Source: Massalongia carnosa
Taxonomy: Eukaryota
Assembly: GCA_965645245.1 (NCBI GenBank)
Contig: OZ287067.1
Span: 2,976,001 to 3,040,000 of the forward strand
DNA length: 64,000 nucleotides
Direction: 5' to 3'
Below are positions 63,232 to 64,000 of this stretch, piece by piece. The notes beneath the pieces were generated by a model. That model saw only the letters and a list, made by a program, of their open reading frames with translations, made no database searches and had not been told where the DNA came from. The position numbers and the translations under genes are program-made. Numbering within the stretch: position 1 is the first letter of the stretch; every line of letters begins with the position of its first letter.

Positions 63232-64000
63232 GCCAACGGTATCATCAGATGTCAGGTAGCCTGTTTGAAACCAAGGTAGAAACCAGCAGGGTTAAAAGTA
63301 GCACTTCATGACCGACGAGGACTTTTTGGTTTGGTTGAGATGGGAAAGCAACCATCTTGATCAACTATATAACTTAACTAACTCACACTTACGACGAGTA
63401 GAGTAAACAAATCCATACGTATCAACCCCCAAGACGAATAACTTGTAATACCTCCTTCCTTCATTCCATCTACACAAGATGATAGCCCGAGGAGCATGCA
63501 AACAAAGCATACACACATATTACGTACATGGTATATATAAACCAGGATGCTCTCTCTTCTTCACAATCATTCGTTAAGAATGGCATGCAATGAAAAGAAA
63601 GTCTACAGATTGATACACTGTCAGTCAAGACGATGATGTCCAAAAATTCCATTCCGATCCGAAGACACAGAATAAGCGGTCATAGTATAGTTTTCAACTA
63701 GCAAAAACGCGATCTCGGACGAATCCTCACTGATACGCGTAAAGCCCTTGCACTTAGATGAGGATGGAAGAGGGTTGGGGGTTGCTCACCATAATATACC
63801 CTGGAACCACGTCCGGGTAGCAGAGGTGACAATCAACTAGCGCCACTTGGCTTTTCGAGTAACTTTACTCTGTGCCTGCTTATCATCATCCCATGCTTGT
63901 CGGATTGGTGACGAGTGGATGTCATCACGCTTGCAAACCATGTATCGCCATTCATTGAATATTCACCGGTGTTTGTTCATGTTGTACGAAAAGATTATCA

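Overview
Gene-dense DNA from a filamentous ascomycete (Pezizomycotina-type), with short spliceosomal introns and CTRAC branch points. I can support about 21 protein-coding genes, mostly housekeeping: SSL2/XPB, septin CDC12/AspC, WDR83/MORG1-like, CASTOR-like ACT protein, CID-domain protein, DUF4748-like, PWP2, PRP45, arsenite methyltransferase, inositol 5-phosphatase, CHY zinc finger, PRE6, DLD2-like, Sid1-like kinase, DUF4048-like, TIM22, a GRAM-like membrane protein, an F-box protein, an NRP1-like RNA-binding protein, a PH-domain protein and an RmlD-like reductase, plus one conserved hypothetical gene. Mobile DNA comprises an internally deleted Tc1/mariner (DD34E) element with perfect TIRs, a decayed pogo/Fot1-type element containing a solo LTR with a 5-bp TSD, a pogo-like MITE and a 108-bp fold-back element. 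The most unusual signal is a recurring 7-bp-periodic grammar, (TA-CNNNG)n-TA, in promoter/intergenic DNA. Its commonest 5-mers include the end words of the Tc1 element (CGGAG/CTCCG), and one unit directly abuts each end of that element. This suggests stacked excision footprints at reinsertion hot spots, which is inference and untested. All protein family calls come from recognising motifs by eye; no database searches were run.
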